Positions 39,640 to 48,214 of a stretch of 64,000 bases of DNA are shown here, in pieces. Made by a program: the position numbers and the translations under genes. Numbering within the stretch: position 1 is the first letter of the stretch; the number at the start of each line of letters is the position of its first letter. The notes under the pieces are model-generated. The model did not search any database. It saw nothing but the letters and a program-made list of their open reading frames with translations, and was not told the origin of the DNA. The stretch is from SAR202 cluster bacterium (GTDB lineage Bacteria > Chloroflexota > Dehalococcoidia > Lucifugimonadales > Australimonadaceae), in assembly GCA_016872415.1 (NCBI GenBank), contig VGZX01000004.1:3879-67878 (forward strand), given 5' to 3'.

Positions 39640-40086
39640 ATGGGTGTGGGCATTGCATTGGCCTTGCTCGCGACGCTGGCGTGGGGCGCGGGCGACGTGT
39701 TTGTCCGCAAGGCGACCTTCGGCGCTGTCACTCCGCTCGTCGCCGTCGGCGCCCTTGCGGTCATGGTGGCCGTGCTTGGCGTGGCCGCCTTCGCGACCGT
39801 CGGCTGGGGCGGCCTCACGCCCGACGGCGCCCGGTTCTACTTGCTCGCCGGACTCATGGGCATCTTCGCCCACCTCACGGGAACGCTGTTCTACTTCCAC
39901 GCCATGCGGCGCGCCGGCCTGTCCATCGTGTCGCCCATCATCGGCATCCAGCCGCTCGTGAGCATTGGGCTGGCGATGGCGCTCGGCGGCGAGCGCCCCA
40001 ACCTGCCGACCGTGCTCGCGGCGCTCCTCATCGTGGCGGGCGTCATCGTCATCATCACCGACAAGCGCGCGGGGGTGGCGGAGTGA
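39640..40086 (+). CDS. EamA/DMT half-transporter
   Basis: About 5 hydrophobic segments, WGAGDVFVRK, SIVSPIIGIQP, LGGER. Confidence 0.8.
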   Translation: MGVGIALALLATLAWGAGDVFVRKATFGAVTPLVAVGALAVMVAVLGVAAFATVGWGGLTPDGARFYLLAGLMGIFAHLTGTLFYFHAMRRAGLSIVSPIIGIQPLVSIGLAMALGGERPNLPTVLAALLIVAGVIVIITDKRAGVAE

Positions 40087-40562
40087 GGGCGGAGCGGGAG
40101 CCCCGCCGCGCCTCGTTCGCCCGCGTGCCTGCGGTGGCCGTGGGCGTGGTGCTCGCCGTCGCGTCCACCTCCTCGTTCGCGATGACCGGGTTCATCGCGA
40201 GCCGGCTCGTCGAGACGACGCCCGGCATCGTAGTCGCGTTTTACGAGGCGCTTTTCGGTCTCGTGCTGGTCGCCACGGTGAACGCGCGCTTCATTGCCGC
40301 CGGGCGAGGCGTTTCGCGCTCCGCCCTGCCGTGGATTGGCATTGGCGGCCTGGCGCTCGGCGCCGGCACCGCGTTCTTCTACACGGCGCTGGGGCACATC
40401 CCCTTCAGCGTCGCGGCGCCGGTCATCGGCGCCGTGCCACTGGTATCCTACGGATTCATCCTCTTGTTGCTTCGGGGCCGCGAGCGCCTGACGCCGCGCG
40501 TGCTGCTCGGGGCGACGATGGTCGTTACGGGTGTCATCGTCATACGCATCGTGAACGCGTAG
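40083..40562 (+). CDS. EamA/DMT half-transporter
   Basis: About 5 hydrophobic segments, SVAAPVIGAVP, GRERLTPRVLLG; GTGA overlap with the previous gene. Confidence 0.78.
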   Translation: MRAEREPRRASFARVPAVAVGVVLAVASTSSFAMTGFIASRLVETTPGIVVAFYEALFGLVLVATVNARFIAAGRGVSRSALPWIGIGGLALGAGTAFFYTALGHIPFSVAAPVIGAVPLVSYGFILLLLRGRERLTPRVLLGATMVVTGVIVIRIVNA

Positions 40563-40573
40563 GGAGGCTCCAC

Positions 40574-42784
40574 GTGCCGGTTTCCCAAGAGACCCTGGAC
40601 CAGATCGCCTTGACCCGCGCCGAGTACGACATGATCGTCGAGAAGCTGGAGCGCGAGCCCAACACCGTCGAGCTCGGCCTCTTCGGCGCGCTATGGAGCG
40701 AGCATTGCGGTTACAAGCACTCGCGCCCGTTGTTGCGCTCGTTCCCCACCACCGGAGCGTCCGTGCAGGTCGCGGCCGGCCAGGAGAACGCCGGCGTCGT
40801 CGACATCGGCGATGGGCTGAGCGTCGTGTTCAAGATCGAATCGCACAACCACCCGTCCGCCGTCGAGCCGTACCAGGGCGCGGCCACGGGCGTTGGGGGC
40901 ATCATCCGCGACATCCTGGCGATGGGGGCGCGTCCCATCGCGCTGCTCAATTCGCTGCGCTTCGGGCCGTTGAGCGAGCCGCGCAACAAGTTCTTGTTCC
41001 AGGGCGTCGTCTCCGGCATCTCCGGCTACGGTAACTGCGTCGGCATTCCAGACGTGGGCGGCGAAATCCAATTCGCCCCCGCCTATTCCGGCAATCCACT
41101 GGTGAACGCGATGTGCGTCGGCCTGCTGCCGCAAGGCGCCCTCGTCCGTTCGCGCGCGTCGACGCCGGGCAACACGCTCATGCTGGTCGGCTCGGGCACG
41201 GGGCGCGACGGCATCCACGGCGCCTCGGGCCTCGCGTCGCGCTCATTCGAGGAGGAGCGCGAGATGCGGCCGACGGTGCAGGTGGGCGACCCGTTCTTGG
41301 AAAAGGTGCTGATCGAGGCCTGCCTCGAGGCCGCGAGGAGCGGCCATCTCGAAGGCATGCAGGACCTTGGCGCGGCCGGCCTCACCAGTGCGGCGATGGA
41401 GAGCGCGCAGCGCAGCGGTAGCGGCGTGCGGATCGACGTTTCCCGCGTTCCCCGGCGCGAGCCCGGCATGTCGCCCTATGAGGTCATGCTCTCCGAGTCG
41501 CAAGAACGCATGCTCCTCATCGTGAAGCAGGGGCACGAAGAGGAGATACGCGAGCTATTCGAGAAATGGGACTTGCGCGCCGTGGCGATCGGCACCGTCA
41601 CCGGAGATGGCGTCGGCCGCATTCTCGATGGCGACGAGCCGGTGGCCGAGGTCCGCATTGACACGCTGGTCGAGGCGCCGACCTATCGCCCGCCGGCCCA
41701 ACGGCCGTCGTATCTGGCGCGCTTGCACGCGGCCGTGCCGCCCACGCCTCCGCCCGACCGCATCGGCGGCTCGCTGCTCAAGCGTCTGCTGGCCTCGCCC
41801 AACATCGCCAGCAAGCGCATGGTCTACCGCCAGTACGACCACGAGGTGCAGACCAATACCGTGGTGAAGCCCGGCCAGGGCGATGCCGCCGTGCTGCGGC
41901 TGCGGGGCACGAAGAAGGGCCTGGCGGTCGCCGTCGATGGTAATGGCCGCCACGTCCATCTGGAGCCGTACGCCGGGGGCGCCATGGCGGTCGCCGAGGC
42001 CTGCCGCAACGTCGTGTGCGCGGGCGCCACGCCCGTCGCGGTCACGGACTGCCTCAACTTCGGCAACCCGCGAAAGCCGGAGGTCTACTATCAGCTTCAG
42101 CAGGCCATCGAGGGCATGGCGGCCATGTGCCGCGCGCTGGGCATCCCGGTGGTCAGCGGCAACGTGTCGCTCTACAACGAATCGCAAGGCAAGGCCATTT
42201 ATCCGACGCCCATCGTCGGCGCCGTCGGCGTGCTGCAGCAAGCCGAGCAGCGGTTGACGGCCGGCTTCGCCGCCGAGGGCGACGTCGTGCTGCTCTTGGG
42301 CGCCGCGGCGTTGCGGGGCGAGGATGCCGACCTGTCGGGCAGCGAGTTCCTCGCTCACCTCCACAACCAGGTCATCGGGCGCCCGTCCATCGACATGGAA
42401 GCCGAAGCCCGGCTGCAACGGCTAGTGACCGGCCTCGCGCAGGATGGGTTGCTGCGGTCCGCTCATGACTGCTCGGACGGTGGGCTGGCCGTGGCGATAG
42501 TGGAGTGCTCGATGCTGGGCAACGTCGGCTTCACCGCCGAGGCGTCCTTGTCCGGGCGCTGGGACGCGGCCCTGTTCGGCGAGCGGCCGTCCCGCGTCGT
42601 CGTGAGCGCCAGTCCGGAGCGGGCGGCCGAGGTACTGCGGCGGGCTCACGACGCGGGCGTGCCCGCGTTGCGGCTGGGAGTCACCGGGGGCGCCAACGTG
42701 CGCTTCCCCGGCCTCATCGACGAGCCGATCGCCAGCCTCGTCGACGCCTACGACAACGGCCTCGAACGCGCGCTCAACGCTTGA
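40574..42784 (+). CDS. purL: FGAM synthase subunit PurL
   Basis: WSEHCGYK, ESHNHPS, DLGAAGL, SESQERM, DCLNFGNP, SGNVSLYN. Confidence 0.97.
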   Translation: MPVSQETLDQIALTRAEYDMIVEKLEREPNTVELGLFGALWSEHCGYKHSRPLLRSFPTTGASVQVAAGQENAGVVDIGDGLSVVFKIESHNHPSAVEPYQGAATGVGGIIRDILAMGARPIALLNSLRFGPLSEPRNKFLFQGVVSGISGYGNCVGIPDVGGEIQFAPAYSGNPLVNAMCVGLLPQGALVRSRASTPGNTLMLVGSGTGRDGIHGASGLASRSFEEEREMRPTVQVGDPFLEKVLIEACLEAARSGHLEGMQDLGAAGLTSAAMESAQRSGSGVRIDVSRVPRREPGMSPYEVMLSESQERMLLIVKQGHEEEIRELFEKWDLRAVAIGTVTGDGVGRILDGDEPVAEVRIDTLVEAPTYRPPAQRPSYLARLHAAVPPTPPPDRIGGSLLKRLLASPNIASKRMVYRQYDHEVQTNTVVKPGQGDAAVLRLRGTKKGLAVAVDGNGRHVHLEPYAGGAMAVAEACRNVVCAGATPVAVTDCLNFGNPRKPEVYYQLQQAIEGMAAMCRALGIPVVSGNVSLYNESQGKAIYPTPIVGAVGVLQQAEQRLTAGFAAEGDVVLLLGAAALRGEDADLSGSEFLAHLHNQVIGRPSIDMEAEARLQRLVTGLAQDGLLRSAHDCSDGGLAVAIVECSMLGNVGFTAEASLSGRWDAALFGERPSRVVVSASPERAAEVLRRAHDAGVPALRLGVTGGANVRFPGLIDEPIASLVDAYDNGLERALNA

Positions 42785-42997
42785 TGTCAAGCGGATCATC
42801 GGGCTGAAGCTGGGACAAATCCGCCTTGCGCGGCGGCGGCGGCATCCCGCACTATACGCTCGCTGTCTGGGGAGACATTCGATTCGGTACGCTCTTAACG
42901 GCCTGGCGGTGGTATGATGCTGCTTTGTCCGCGCGCGACAGCCCGGCGCTGACGTTCCGCGGAGCAAGGCAACACGGACAAGGAGTCCTGTCGAACG

Positions 42998-43543
42998 ATG
43001 AAGGTCATCTTCCTCGAGGACGTTCCCGGCACCGCCGATGCAGGCGAGGTTAAGGACGTCAAGAACGGTTTCGCGCGGAACTTCCTGCTACCCCGCGAGT
43101 TGGCGGCGCCGGCCACGGCCGACAACCTCCAGCGCATCCGGGCGATCGAGAAGGCCGCCAACGAGCGCCGGCTGAAGTATTCCGAAGAGTGGAAGACGGT
43201 CGCGAAGGCGCTGGAAGGCAGGCACATCACGGTCGAGGCGCGCGTCGGTCCCACCGGCCGACTCTTCGGTGCCATCACCGGCCGCCAGATCGCCAGCGAG
43301 CTGAGCAAGCAGATCGGCCGCGATTTGGACCACCGCATGGTGTTGCTGTCGCAGGCGATTCACGAACCGGGCGACCAGAACGTAACGATACGGCTGTACC
43401 GGAACGTGCAGGCGCACGTGAAGGTGTCCGTCGTTCCGGAAGGCTTCGTGCGCGACCAGGCCGCGAAAGCGGCCGCGGATGAAACGGCGCCTCCCCAGGC
43501 CGCGGAGAACGCCGCGGAACCGGAACAGCCCGCCCAGGCCTAA
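42998..43543 (+). CDS. rplI: 50S ribosomal protein L9
   Basis: MKVIFLEDV, VKNGFARNFLLP, GRLFGAIT. Confidence 0.96.
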   Translation: MKVIFLEDVPGTADAGEVKDVKNGFARNFLLPRELAAPATADNLQRIRAIEKAANERRLKYSEEWKTVAKALEGRHITVEARVGPTGRLFGAITGRQIASELSKQIGRDLDHRMVLLSQAIHEPGDQNVTIRLYRNVQAHVKVSVVPEGFVRDQAAKAAADETAPPQAAENAAEPEQPAQA

Positions 43544-43573
43544 ACCGGTCCCGCGTCATCGTGGGGCCTGCCG

Positions 43574-44947
43574 ATGTATGCGGAAAAACTTCCCCCGCAC
43601 GATGTCGATGCGGAGGAGGCGGTCGTCGGTTCATTGCTCATTGATGGTGAAAGCATCGGCCGCGTCGCGCCCATCGTCCATGCCGACGATTTCTATCGCG
43701 AACGCAACCGGTGGTGCTATGACGCGTGCCTCGCGCTCTACCAGCGCGGAGAGACGATCAACCAGATCACCGTCACGCACGAGCTGACACTCCGCGAGCG
43801 GCTGCAAGACGTGGGCGGCCCGGCGTACCTCAGCCACCTCGTCTCCGTTGTCCCCACGTCCGTCCACATCGAGCACTACGCGCGCATCGTCAACCGCACC
43901 GCCACGATGCGCCGCCTCATCCAAGTGGCCGGCGACATCGCCTCCATCGGTTACGCCGGCGCCGCCGATGTCGACGCCGCGCTGGGTCAGGCGGAAGACA
44001 TGCTCTTCCGCATCCGCAATACGCATTCCGTCCAAGACTTCGTCACCGTTCGCGAGGTGCTCGACAAGTACCTCGAGCAGACTTCCGCCCTGGAAGGCGG
44101 CGTCGACGTTGCCCTTCAGCCCATCCAGTCCGGCTTCACCGACATCGACCGCGCGCTGGGCGGACTCCAGCGGGGCGACCTCGTCATCCTCGCCGCGCGC
44201 CCCTCGCTGGGCAAATCGACGCTCGCCATGAACATCGCGCAGAACGCCGCGAAGGACGGCGCGACCGTTGCGGTGTTCAGCCTCGAAATGAGCCGCGACC
44301 AGCTGGCCTACCGCCTGCTGTGCGCCACCGCCGAGGTCGACATGCAGCAGCTGCGCCTCAGCACGATGGGCATTCTGAACGAGGCGACGATGAGCCGCGT
44401 GATGGCCGCCATCGGTGAGCTGTCCGACTTGCGTATCTACCTCAACGACGCCTCGCTGCAAACGGTCGCGAACATACGTTCGATGGTGCGGCGGCTGCAC
44501 GTGGAGCGCGGCGTCGACCTCATCATCGTCGACTACCTCCAGCTCATTAGCGGCTCCGGCCGTGGCGAGAACCGCGTCGCCGAGCTCGGCGAGATCACGC
44601 GCTCGCTCAAGGGCATGGCCCGCGAGATGAACGTGCCGGTCATCGCGCTGTCGCAGCTCAGCCGCGCCATCGAGCAGCGCCCGGACCACTTCCCCCAGCT
44701 CTCCGACCTGCGCGAATCGGGCAGCATCGAGCAGGATGCCGACGTGGTGGCGTTCATCCACCGCGAGGACCGCTTCGTGACGCAAGAACAGTGGGAACAG
44801 AAGAACCCGACCGCCCCCTATCCCGAGAACCTGGCGCAGCTGGTCATCGCGAAGAACCGCCACGGCGCCACCACCAGCGTGTCGCTCTACTTCCACGGCA
44901 AGTTCTACCGTTTCGAGAACCTGGCAACCGACTCCCAGCGCGATTAG
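43574..44947 (+). CDS. dnaB: Replicative DNA helicase
   Basis: PPHDVDAEEAV, ARPSLGKS, FSLEM, VDYLQL, DLRESGSIEQDAD, AKNRHG. Confidence 0.97.
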   Translation: MYAEKLPPHDVDAEEAVVGSLLIDGESIGRVAPIVHADDFYRERNRWCYDACLALYQRGETINQITVTHELTLRERLQDVGGPAYLSHLVSVVPTSVHIEHYARIVNRTATMRRLIQVAGDIASIGYAGAADVDAALGQAEDMLFRIRNTHSVQDFVTVREVLDKYLEQTSALEGGVDVALQPIQSGFTDIDRALGGLQRGDLVILAARPSLGKSTLAMNIAQNAAKDGATVAVFSLEMSRDQLAYRLLCATAEVDMQQLRLSTMGILNEATMSRVMAAIGELSDLRIYLNDASLQTVANIRSMVRRLHVERGVDLIIVDYLQLISGSGRGENRVAELGEITRSLKGMAREMNVPVIALSQLSRAIEQRPDHFPQLSDLRESGSIEQDADVVAFIHREDRFVTQEQWEQKNPTAPYPENLAQLVIAKNRHGATTSVSLYFHGKFYRFENLATDSQRD

Positions 44948-45000
44948 GAGGTCACCGGTGATGCGCGACATGTGCCGAACCCGCCGGGGGTGGTTGAGCG

Positions 45001-45699
45001 ATGCCGACGCGATTTGACGGCTTTCCGTCCAACGCACGGCAGGTGCCGGTGCCCGCGCCGCTGCTGGGTGACCTGCTGTCGGCCATCGACGACGTCGCCG
45101 AGCTGAAGTGCACGTTGCGCTTCTTCTGGCACCTTGCCCAGGAACGAGGCTCGCCGCGCGCCGTGCCCGCCGAGCGCCTCCGCGACGACGACGTGCTGCG
45201 CGCCGCTCTCGGCTCGCCGGATGCGGTCGCGCGAGGCCTGGATGCCGCCGTCGAGCGTGGTACGCTCTTGCTCGGCGCGCTGGCCGATGGCAGCATGGCG
45301 TATCTCGCGCATACGCCGGAGCACCGCCGGTTCGCCTCGTCGAGCGGCGCCGCCAAGCCCACCCAAGGCACGGTGCCGGCGGCCGCCCGTGCTGGCGCCC
45401 CGGAAGTGCCCAATGTCTATGCACTCTACGAGCAGCATATCGGCCTGCTAACGCCTATGATGGCGGATGTGCTGCGCGATGCCGAGCAGACCTACCCGGC
45501 CTACTGGATCGAGGAAGCGTTCCGAGAGGCCGTGTTGAGCAACCGGCGCAGCTGGCGGTATGTCCAACGCATCCTCGAACGGTGGGCGACGGAAGGACGA
45601 GGCGATGGAACGCATGGAAAGTCTGGGGGACATCCTCCGGCGCTTACAGCGGCAGAGTATGTCCGCCGCTATGGGCGAAACACCGGTCGCCGAGCCTGA
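45001..45699 (+). CDS. dnaD: DnaD-domain replication protein
   Basis: C-terminal YEQHIGLLTP...WIEEAFREAV...WRYVQRILERW. Confidence 0.85.
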   Translation: MPTRFDGFPSNARQVPVPAPLLGDLLSAIDDVAELKCTLRFFWHLAQERGSPRAVPAERLRDDDVLRAALGSPDAVARGLDAAVERGTLLLGALADGSMAYLAHTPEHRRFASSSGAAKPTQGTVPAAARAGAPEVPNVYALYEQHIGLLTPMMADVLRDAEQTYPAYWIEEAFREAVLSNRRSWRYVQRILERWATEGRGDGTHGKSGGHPPALTAAEYVRRYGRNTGRRA

Positions 45700-47041
45700 G
45701 CCGTCGATCGCGGTGCCGCCGTGCCCCATCTGCGGCGGACGCGGGTGGGTGCGGCACGACGTCGCGCCCGGACACGCCGATTTCGGCAAGGCGTTCCCCT
45801 GCACCTGCCAGCAGCAAGCAAGCGTCGACCAGCGCCTCGCGCGCCTGCGCCGCTTCTCCAACATGGGGGTGCTCGCTCGCGTCACGTTCGAGCGCACCGA
45901 TGCTCAAGGCCGCGGCTCCACGGCCGATGCGCGTGCCCGCTTCCAGGCCGCTCTCGATGTCGCCCGCCGCTACGCGGAGTCGCCCGACGGGTGGCTGACG
46001 CTCTCCGGCGCGAGCGGCACCGGCAAGACGCACCTCGCCGCCGCCATCGCCAACCGGTGCATGGAGCGCGGCCTGCCCGTTTTCTTCGCGTTCGTGCCGG
46101 ACCTGCTCGATCATCTCCGTGCGTCGTTCAACCCGGAGAACGAGGTTTCCTACGACGACCTCTTCGAGCAGGTGAAGTCGATTCCGGTCCTCGTTCTCGA
46201 CGACCTTGGCATGCAGAGCAGCACGCCCTGGGCCGAGGAGAAGCTCTTTCAAGTGCTCAACCACCGCTTTGTCAGCGGGCTGCCCACCATCATCACCACC
46301 AATTTGCCGGTCGAGCAGATGGACGCCCGCCTGCAGAGCCGGCTGCTGGACCCGCAGATCGGCGCGGCGCTCGACCTGGGGCGGGCCGATAGCCCCACGA
46401 TGCCCGGCATTGGCGCCGTGCCTCCCGCATTGCTGCGCGTGATGACGTTCGAGACGTTCAAGCTCGGCTTGACCGATCCGGCGGCTCGCCGGCAATTGCG
46501 CGCGGCGTTCGACTTCGCGGTGTCCTATGCCCGCCACCCCGAGGGATGGTTCGTGCTGCTGGGCAACTCCGGCTGCGGCAAGACGCACCTGGCAGTCGCC
46601 GTCGCCAACGAGCGGCTGCGCGCCGGCGGGGACGTCTTTTTCGCCTTCGTCCCGGACCTGCTCGACCACCTGCGCTACACGTTCAGCCCGGACAGCCGCG
46701 TGACCTACGACGAGCTGTTCGACCGCGTGCGGCAGACGCCGCTGCTCATCCTCGACGACCTCGGGGCGCAGAGCAGCACTCCCTGGGCTCAAGAAAAGCT
46801 CTACCAGATCATCGTCCACCGCCATAACGCGCGGCTCGCCACGATCGTCACGACGCGCGGGCTGCCGCCGAATGCCGGCGACCCGATCACCTCGCGATTG
46901 AACGACCCCGGTAGCGGCGAAGTTCACCCGCTCGACTTGGTGCCCGACCACCGCCAGTCCGGCGGCGGGCGGCCCCGGTCCGCCCCGCCTGGCCCGCCGC
47001 CGTCGCCACGACCGCCGTACCAGGGCAGAGGGCGGTCGTAG
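45605..47041 (+). CDS. DnaC/DnaI-like helicase loader with two tandem AAA+ domains
   Basis: CPICGG..CTC Zn site; GASGTGKT/LVLDD and GNSGCGKT/LILDD. Confidence 0.88.
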   Translation: MERMESLGDILRRLQRQSMSAAMGETPVAEPEPSIAVPPCPICGGRGWVRHDVAPGHADFGKAFPCTCQQQASVDQRLARLRRFSNMGVLARVTFERTDAQGRGSTADARARFQAALDVARRYAESPDGWLTLSGASGTGKTHLAAAIANRCMERGLPVFFAFVPDLLDHLRASFNPENEVSYDDLFEQVKSIPVLVLDDLGMQSSTPWAEEKLFQVLNHRFVSGLPTIITTNLPVEQMDARLQSRLLDPQIGAALDLGRADSPTMPGIGAVPPALLRVMTFETFKLGLTDPAARRQLRAAFDFAVSYARHPEGWFVLLGNSGCGKTHLAVAVANERLRAGGDVFFAFVPDLLDHLRYTFSPDSRVTYDELFDRVRQTPLLILDDLGAQSSTPWAQEKLYQIIVHRHNARLATIVTTRGLPPNAGDPITSRLNDPGSGEVHPLDLVPDHRQSGGGRPRSAPPGPPPSPRPPYQGRGRS

Positions 47042-47044
47042 CCG

Positions 47045-47434
47045 ATGGCCCAGCATTGCGAGTTCTGCGAAATCGTCGCGAGGCGAGCGCCCGCCGCCAT
47101 CCGCTACGAGGACGACGAGGTGATGGCGTTTCACAACCGCCTCACATGGGTGCCGGTCATGCTGCTCATCGTGCCCCGGCGGCATCTGGACCAGCGCCAG
47201 TTCTGGTTGTCGCCATTGTTCGCCATGGCCGCGCAGGTCGCCGTCCGCCTCGGCGACACCGACTGCCCGAACGGTTACCGGCTCGTGTCCAACTTCGGCG
47301 AGGACGCGCTGCAGACGCAGGCCCACGGCCACCTGCACGTCATCGGCGGCGCGGGCCTCGGCCTCTACATCGACTTCCCCGGCAAGGGCGACTTCTGGCT
47401 GCATATGTACGGCGGCCACCGGGAGCTCGAGTGA
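47045..47434 (+). CDS. HIT family protein
   Basis: CEFC, HGHLHVIGG. Confidence 0.88.
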   Translation: MAQHCEFCEIVARRAPAAIRYEDDEVMAFHNRLTWVPVMLLIVPRRHLDQRQFWLSPLFAMAAQVAVRLGDTDCPNGYRLVSNFGEDALQTQAHGHLHVIGGAGLGLYIDFPGKGDFWLHMYGGHRELE

Positions 47435-47811
47435 CCGTGCCCACCGTCATCTGGGTCGGCCTTGGCGGCTTCATCGGGGCATCGGCGCGCTACCTGGTTG
47501 CTGTCGCCGTGGCGCGCGTGTTCGCGCCGCCGTTCCCGTGGGGCACCGTCACCGTCAACCTCGCCGGCTCGCTGCTCATCGGCATCGTCACCGCCCTTGC
47601 CGAAACCCGCGGCATGCTGTCCACCGAGGCGCGCTTCTTCCTGGTCACCGGCGTGCTTGGTGGCTTCACCACCTTCTCGGCCCTGAGCATGGAGACCTAC
47701 GCCCTGCTGCGCGCGGGGAGTTGGGCGCTCGCGCTTGGCAGCGTCGCGCTGCAGCTGGCGTTGGGCGTCTCCGCCGCCGCCATCGGCTATGCGTTCGCGC
47801 GCGGCCAGTAA
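47431..47811 (+). CDS. crcB: Fluoride channel CrcB/Fluc
   Basis: GGFIGASARY, FPWGTVTVN, GVLGGFTTFS. Confidence 0.94.
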   Translation: MTVPTVIWVGLGGFIGASARYLVAVAVARVFAPPFPWGTVTVNLAGSLLIGIVTALAETRGMLSTEARFFLVTGVLGGFTTFSALSMETYALLRAGSWALALGSVALQLALGVSAAAIGYAFARGQ

Positions 47812-47844
47812 CCGCCCTTGCCCGCGCTGTTGTAGAATCGTCGA

Positions 47845-48165
47845 AGGATCCGCGATGAAGGGAAGTAGTAGGGGCGTCCTGGTCGAAGCGAGCCGGCGGA
47901 GGGCCTCATTTCAGGCCCTCAAGCGGTGGAAGGCCGGTGATCCGTGGCACCCCGAACTCATCCTGGAGCGGCTCGCCCGAGCCCCGGCATCGCCGAGGTT
48001 AGGGCAGCGGCGCGCACCGTTACCGCGCGATGAGCAGTCCCGGCGAGGGCCTGTGAGGCTGTCGCTCGGCGGAGCGCATTCCCTCGCGGCTGGCAAGGCC
48101 GGGGAACGAGGGTGGCACCGCGGGAATTCCTACCCGTCCCTTTGTGGGGCGGGTTTTTGTTTGCG
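47845..48165 (+). ncRNA. Leu T-box leader riboswitch
   Basis: GCGATGAAGGGAAGTAGTA 5' end, specifier GAA-CTC-A (Leu CUC at 47957-47959), T-box AACGAGGGTGGCACCGCG near 48105-48122, terminator ACCCGTCCC..GGGGCGGGT-TTTTGTTT; lies upstream of leuS. Confidence 0.92.
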
Positions 48166-48214
48166 GCCGGCGAGGCGACACGCCTTCATTGGACAACTTT
48201 CGGTGGAGCGGAAG

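Noticed and set aside
45605-47041. IS21 IstB helper or prophage replication module
   Set aside because: No IstA, terminal repeats or phage genes; it sits in a rplI-dnaB-dnaD housekeeping operon.
47380-47434. Fluoride riboswitch before crcB
   Set aside because: crcB overlaps the HIT gene stop codon, leaving no leader.
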